Origin: an uncultured Mycoplasmatota bacterium
Lineage (GTDB): Bacteria > Bacillota_I > Bacilli_A > RF39 > UBA660
DNA: 64,000 nt
NCBI GenBank assembly: GCA_947426265.1
Contig: CANEDJ010000002.1
Coordinates: forward strand, 367 to 64,366
Direction of reading: 5' to 3'
How positions within the stretch are numbered: position 1 is the stretch's first letter; each line of letters begins with the position of its first letter. The translations under genes were made by a program, and so were the position numbers. This document shows, in pieces, positions 59,541-64,000 of this stretch. A model generated the notes under the pieces. The model did not search any database, was not told the DNA's origin, and saw only the letters and a program-made list of their open reading frames with translations.

Positions 59541-59616
59541 TTGGCGTTTTACTATTGCTTTTCAATGATTATTCAAGATTCAATTGATTTGTTTTTAAAA
59601 AAATGATAAAAAGTAG

Positions 59617-59645
59617 TTGACAAATTAAAATCTTTTTCATATAAT
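59617..59645 (+). promoter_or_regulatory. Consensus sigma-A promoter (TTGACA-17-TATAAT)
   Basis: Perfect hexamers with 17-nt spacing upstream of the 229-aa hypothetical gene. Confidence 0.6.
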
Positions 59646-59721
59646 GTTATTAACAGAAGGGCCAATCTGTATAAATTTTAATTAAAGATATTAACAAAAA
59701 GATAATAAGAAGGAGATTAAA

Positions 59722-60411
59722 ATGGAAGAAAAAGAAATATGGAAGCTAGTTCAAAATTGGATTTCGATAGAAAAACATAAAGAAGATAAAAACTTTTTAG
59801 AACATATAGCTTCTTTAAATCATCAAAACGAAAGGCTGAAACCTTACAATTTAGAACTGTATTATGGAAAAAGAGATACTAGAAAGAAATCGATATATTT
59901 CATTATTACACCATATTTGATTCAAGTGTATCAAGGAACTATAACAGAAGTGAATGGAAGGCTTAAAATAGAAAGCTGGGAAATGTTAGAGCAAATTTCT
60001 TGTGATTCTATTAGAATGCCAGAAATTATCGGAAGAGGAGAAGTACCTACAGAGCCGTTTGATTTAATAGCGCCATTCGTAAAAGAAGAAGCTTATATTT
60101 TGAATGGACTTAGTAGTGGAAGTTTAAATTATTATCAAGAAAAGGATGAAAATGGTTTATATGGAAGAACATTAGAAACCGAACATTTTATTAAAATAGG
60201 TCCTAGAAAAGAACACAACCAATTAGATGTTCAAATTGAAAGAGCTTGTGTTTCAGATTTTCAGAACATAGAAGAATTAGAATTGTTACAAGATGGAGAA
60301 ACAATTTTGCCAATTTTAAAAAATCAAAGTCAAGGATCCTATTTGATTGCAATAGAAGCAATTAATAAGTTATTAGAAAATAAGGTAGGGAAAGTCTACC
60401 AATTATTATAA
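59722..60411 (+). CDS. Hypothetical protein (229 aa)
   Basis: RBS AAGGAG. No motif recognised. Confidence 0.45.
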   Translation: MEEKEIWKLVQNWISIEKHKEDKNFLEHIASLNHQNERLKPYNLELYYGKRDTRKKSIYFIITPYLIQVYQGTITEVNGRLKIESWEMLEQISCDSIRMPEIIGRGEVPTEPFDLIAPFVKEEAYILNGLSSGSLNYYQEKDENGLYGRTLETEHFIKIGPRKEHNQLDVQIERACVSDFQNIEELELLQDGETILPILKNQSQGSYLIAIEAINKLLENKVGKVYQLL

Positions 60412-60450
60412 AATATATTTTTAACAAAAAGATAGAAAGAAGGAAATGAA

Positions 60451-61047
60451 ATGAAAAAGAAATTAATTGTAGTAGTAGATATGGTGAATGGATTTGTAAA
60501 TATAGGAGCATTACATGATTCTTATATTAATCACATTGTACCAGGAATTAAAAACTTAGTAGAAGAAAGTATAGCAGAAGGAAATGATGTGATCAGTTTT
60601 AGAGATTGTCACAGTTTGGATGATATAGAATTTGAAACTTATCCAATCCACTGTTTAAATGGGACAGAAGAAAGCGAACTAGTTCCAGAATTAAAACCTT
60701 TAGGAGCAAAAATGATAGACATTCCTAAAAATACGACCAATGGATTTAATACAGAACGTTTTAGGGAATTTTATCAAGCTCATTATGAAGAATATGACGA
60801 GATTGTTGTTGTAGGATGCTGCACAGATATTTGTGTGACAGACTTCACAACTTCTTTAGCAGAATTCCAAAAGGAAAATGGAATAAATACTCCAATTACA
60901 GTTCCAATGGATTTGGTAGAAACTTTTGATGGCCCAAATCACGATAGAAAAGTGATGAACGAAGTTGGTTTTGAAAAAATGCGAAGAGCAGGAATCAATC
61001 TTGTAGAAAGTTATGTAAGTCAAAAACAAAAACAATATGTACTTTAA
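60451..61047 (+). CDS. pncA: Isochorismatase-family hydrolase, probable nicotinamidase
   Basis: IVVVDMVNGF and VVGCCTDICV catalytic-Cys block. Adjacent to pncB. Confidence 0.65.
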   Translation: MKKKLIVVVDMVNGFVNIGALHDSYINHIVPGIKNLVEESIAEGNDVISFRDCHSLDDIEFETYPIHCLNGTEESELVPELKPLGAKMIDIPKNTTNGFNTERFREFYQAHYEEYDEIVVVGCCTDICVTDFTTSLAEFQKENGINTPITVPMDLVETFDGPNHDRKVMNEVGFEKMRRAGINLVESYVSQKQKQYVL

Positions 61048-61070
61048 AAAAGGAAAGAAGGAAGATTATT

Positions 61071-62531
61071 ATGAAAATGAATGAAATTATGTCAACAGAC
61101 CGTTATGAATTTACAATGTCAAATGGATATTTTGAGGAGGGAATGAAGGATCAGATCGCATATTTTGATGTTTTCTTCAGAAGAAATCCATTACAAAATG
61201 GATATACCATTATGGCAGGATTAGACCAGATTATTAGAGATGTTAAGAATATACATTTTGAAAAAGAAGATATTGAGTACTTTGAAAATCAAGGAGTATA
61301 TTCAAAAGAATTTTTAGAATATTTAAGAAATTTTAAATTTACTGGTGATATTTATGCAATTCCTGATGGAACACCAATATTTCCAAATGAACCAGCAATC
61401 ACAGTAAAAGCCAATCTAATAGAAGCGCAGATTTTAGAAACTTTATTATTAAGCCATTTCAACAGTGCTTCTTTAGTGGCGACTGCAGCCAAAAGAATTG
61501 TATTAGAAGCAAAAAAACCAGTTATGGAATTTGGAAGCAGAAGAACGCATACTAAAGCAGCTATAGACGCAGGAAAAAATGCTTATCTAGCTGGTTGCTG
61601 TGGTACATCTAATGAAGCAACAGGAAGATATTATAAAGTTCCAACTTTAGGAACAATGGCCCATTCATGGATTACTGCTTTTGATAGTGAATATGAGGCT
61701 TTCTTAAAATACGCGAAACACAATCCAGATAATACTGTTTTCTTAGTAGATACTTATGATGTTCTTAGAAGTGGAGTTCCAAATGCAATTCGAGTTGCCA
61801 ATGAATATTTGAAACCAAATGGGTTACCTTTCAAAGGAATCAGAATTGATAGTGGAGATTTGGCCTATCTTTCAAAAGAAGCAAGAAAAATGCTAGACGA
61901 AGCTGGATATCAAGATGCTACAATTTGCTTATCAAATGGATTAACAGCAGAAACAGTAAGGGATTTGAATGCGCAAGGAGCAAAAGTAGATTCTTATGGA
62001 ATTGGCGATAATATTGCAGCACCTTTAGATCGCCTTGGTGGAGTTTATAAATTGGTTGCAATTGAAGAAATGGGAAAAATAATTCCAAAAATAAAAGTAA
62101 GTGCAGATGAAATTAAAACCATTAATCCAGGAAAAAAACGAGTATATCGTTTCTATGACAAAAAAACTGGTTATGCTCTTGGAGATGTTGTAGCACTTGC
62201 TCATGAATTAATCCCAACAGATCAATTCACATTAATAGATCCAACAGACACTTGGAAGCAAACGACAATTACAGATTATGAAGTGAAAGAATTGCAAGTT
62301 CCAATCTTTCAAAATGGTACACTTGTTTATAAAGAACCAACTTTAACAGAAAGCAGAAATTATTGTATAGCTCAAATGGATACTTTATATGAGGAAGTAA
62401 AACGTTTAGAAAAGCCACATAAATATTATGTTGATTTAACTTTAGAGCTTTTAAAATTAAAAAGGGAATTAATAGCAAGTACAACGGAAAAAGTAACTCC
62501 AAAAGAAAAGAGTATTGGTGGATTATGGTAA
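61071..62531 (+). CDS. pncB: Nicotinate phosphoribosyltransferase
   Basis: 486 aa. TDRYEFTM N-terminus and GTMAHSWI block typical of NAPRTase. Confidence 0.85.
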   Translation: MKMNEIMSTDRYEFTMSNGYFEEGMKDQIAYFDVFFRRNPLQNGYTIMAGLDQIIRDVKNIHFEKEDIEYFENQGVYSKEFLEYLRNFKFTGDIYAIPDGTPIFPNEPAITVKANLIEAQILETLLLSHFNSASLVATAAKRIVLEAKKPVMEFGSRRTHTKAAIDAGKNAYLAGCCGTSNEATGRYYKVPTLGTMAHSWITAFDSEYEAFLKYAKHNPDNTVFLVDTYDVLRSGVPNAIRVANEYLKPNGLPFKGIRIDSGDLAYLSKEARKMLDEAGYQDATICLSNGLTAETVRDLNAQGAKVDSYGIGDNIAAPLDRLGGVYKLVAIEEMGKIIPKIKVSADEIKTINPGKKRVYRFYDKKTGYALGDVVALAHELIPTDQFTLIDPTDTWKQTTITDYEVKELQVPIFQNGTLVYKEPTLTESRNYCIAQMDTLYEEVKRLEKPHKYYVDLTLELLKLKRELIASTTEKVTPKEKSIGGLW

Positions 62532-63121
62532 GAAAAGAAAAGTTAGAAGAATTAAAAAGTTATATTGAAGAATTAAAAACGGTAAAAGTAGAACCACTTT
62601 CTACCAGTCCAAAATTTTTAACGATTGAACCTGCCATATATCATTTGAATAATGGGAAAATGATGACTAGAGAATTATTAAAAAAACAACAAAAAGATGG
62701 CAGTGCAGCAATCATACTTCCTGTAACGAAAAATGGGGAAACTGTTCTTGTAGTAGAGCCAAGATTAGGCTCTACTAAGACAGTAGCTGTTGGACTTCCC
62801 GCTGGATATATAGAATATGGAGAAGAACCTTTAAGGGCAGCCAAAAGAGAATTAGAAGAAGAAACAGGATATGTTTGTAATGACTATCAATTGCTTGCCA
62901 AATATTATCAGGATCCTGGTATCAGTAGAGCTTATAATTATGCTTATCTAGGAATGGGAGCAGAAAAACAAAAACAACAATCATTAGATCCAGAAGAATT
63001 TGTAAGATTTTTAGAATGTCGTTATGAAGAAGCTTTAGAATTAGTAGAATTAGGATATATTGAAGATTTGCAAGCACAGTTAGCGTTAGAAAGAGCCAAG
63101 CAATATTTACTTAAAAGATAA
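62525..63121 (+). CDS. NUDIX hydrolase (ADP-ribose pyrophosphatase-like)
   Basis: Nudix box GLPAGYIEYGEEPLRAAKRELEEETGY. Confidence 0.75.
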   Translation: MVRKEKLEELKSYIEELKTVKVEPLSTSPKFLTIEPAIYHLNNGKMMTRELLKKQQKDGSAAIILPVTKNGETVLVVEPRLGSTKTVAVGLPAGYIEYGEEPLRAAKRELEEETGYVCNDYQLLAKYYQDPGISRAYNYAYLGMGAEKQKQQSLDPEEFVRFLECRYEEALELVELGYIEDLQAQLALERAKQYLLKR

Positions 63122-63256
63122 AAAAAATTACAAAGCTTTTCCTAGTATTATAAGAATAACTTATAATTTATATTATGAAACAATATTATACTTTTGATAA
63201 AAACGAGCTTATAATGGATATAGAAGCAAAGAGAAAGCTTTGAAGGAGGAATATTT

Positions 63257-64000
63257 ATGAAATTTGATGCAAAGAAAGAAAAGGAAAGAATTGTTGATTT
63301 TATTAGAGATTATTATAGCAAAAATCATGTTGATGGGGCTATTTTAGGAATTAGTGGTGGAAAAGATAGCGGAGTTGTAGCTGGATTATTTGTAGAAGCC
63401 TTAGGAAAAGAAAATGTAATTGGAGTAACACTTCCATGTCATTCTGTAGAGACAGATAAGAGTGATGCCAAACTAGTAAGCGATTATTATGGTTTTCCAC
63501 TTTACAATTTTGACTTAACTGGAATTTATGATTCTTTTAAAGAAGAATTAAAAAATATTGGAGACTTTAATGAAGAAATCACAAAAGATAGTGATATTAA
63601 TTTGAAACCACGTCTTAGAATGGCAACTGTTTATTATTTGGCTGCTTTATTTAGCAAATTAAAATCTAAGACATATTTGGTAGCTGGAACAAGCAATAAA
63701 TGTGAACTTTATGTTGGGTATTTTACAAAAGGTGGAGATAGTGTGCATGACATTTCACCAATCGCCGATTTAACCGTAGAGGAAGTAATCGCACTTGGAG
63801 CAGAACTAGGTGTTCCAGATCCTGTTTTATACAAAGCACCAAATGATGGCTTATCAAATAAAACGGATGAGGATAAATTAGGAGTTACTTATAAAGCAAT
63901 TGCCGATTATATGGAAGATCCAAATAAAGTAACAGAAAAAGACAGAAATACAATTGAAAGATTACATAAAAATAATGCTCATAAATTTGTAATCCCAACT
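63257..64000 (+). CDS. nadE: NH3-dependent NAD+ synthetase (3' end truncated by the window edge)
   Basis: PP-loop GISGGKDSGVVAGL. Open frame continues to the window end. Confidence 0.85.
   Translation, partial: MKFDAKKEKERIVDFIRDYYSKNHVDGAILGISGGKDSGVVAGLFVEALGKENVIGVTLPCHSVETDKSDAKLVSDYYGFPLYNFDLTGIYDSFKEELKNIGDFNEEITKDSDINLKPRLRMATVYYLAALFSKLKSKTYLVAGTSNKCELYVGYFTKGGDSVHDISPIADLTVEEVIALGAELGVPDPVLYKAPNDGLSNKTDEDKLGVTYKAIADYMEDPNKVTEKDRNTIERLHKNNAHKFVIPT

Noticed and set aside
1-64000. CRISPR arrays, transposases/IS elements, integrases, prophage structural genes, rRNA
   Set aside because: No regularly spaced direct repeats, no DDE/tyrosine-recombinase motifs and no rRNA-like segments were seen when reading through the window.

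Overview
This window is AT-rich (roughly 28-30% GC) chromosomal DNA from a low-GC Firmicute, probably an anaerobe given the Fur-family/PerR-like regulator-rubrerythrin pair and the candidate OLE-like RNA. Nearly all genes are on the + strand. Housekeeping genes include murD, eno, ftsK, rsmE, a MiaB-like tRNA methylthiotransferase (MtaB-type), recD2, folD, a dCMP deaminase, a pncA-pncB-nudix-nadE NAD salvage block, and three isolated tRNA genes (Met-CAU, Thr-GGU, Arg-CCU), each with its own promoter and terminator. The accessory core at about 15.1-34.7 kb is a cell-envelope glycopolymer locus. It holds a secreted glucosaminidase with Flg_new repeats, a divergent kinase-less PASTA membrane protein, and a 1446-aa single ORF whose three parts look like a Wzx-type flippase, a Wzy/O-antigen-ligase-type polymerase and a GT2 transferase. 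Four further transferase genes follow: GT32, GT4, TagA (GT26) and MnaA. The most unusual part is a module of a UbiA-type polyprenyl-phosphate phosphoribosyltransferase homolog (the mycobacterial DPPR-synthase subfamily), a GT-C polytopic transferase, GT2, GtrA, and a HAD-phosphatase-GtrA fusion, which points to a lipid-linked pentofuranose (ribofuranose) donor pathway. Directly after this locus sits a roughly 600-nt GC-enriched structured ncRNA with a perfect sigma-A promoter and a downstream 4-TM OapA-like gene, which I tentatively call an OLE-like RNA. Other items worth a second look: a Fur-family/PerR-like regulator-rubrerythrin operon with a perfect 7-1-7 box in its own promoter, two membrane-tethered HTH regulators (XRE-type and MerR-type), a translationally coupled acyltransferase/acyl-AMP ligase/acyltransferase cassette, and a tightly coupled four-gene operon of unknown function ending in an HhH-GPD-like protein. 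No CRISPR arrays, transposases or rRNA genes were seen. All calls rest on reading the translated ORFs and the DNA by eye; no database search was possible.
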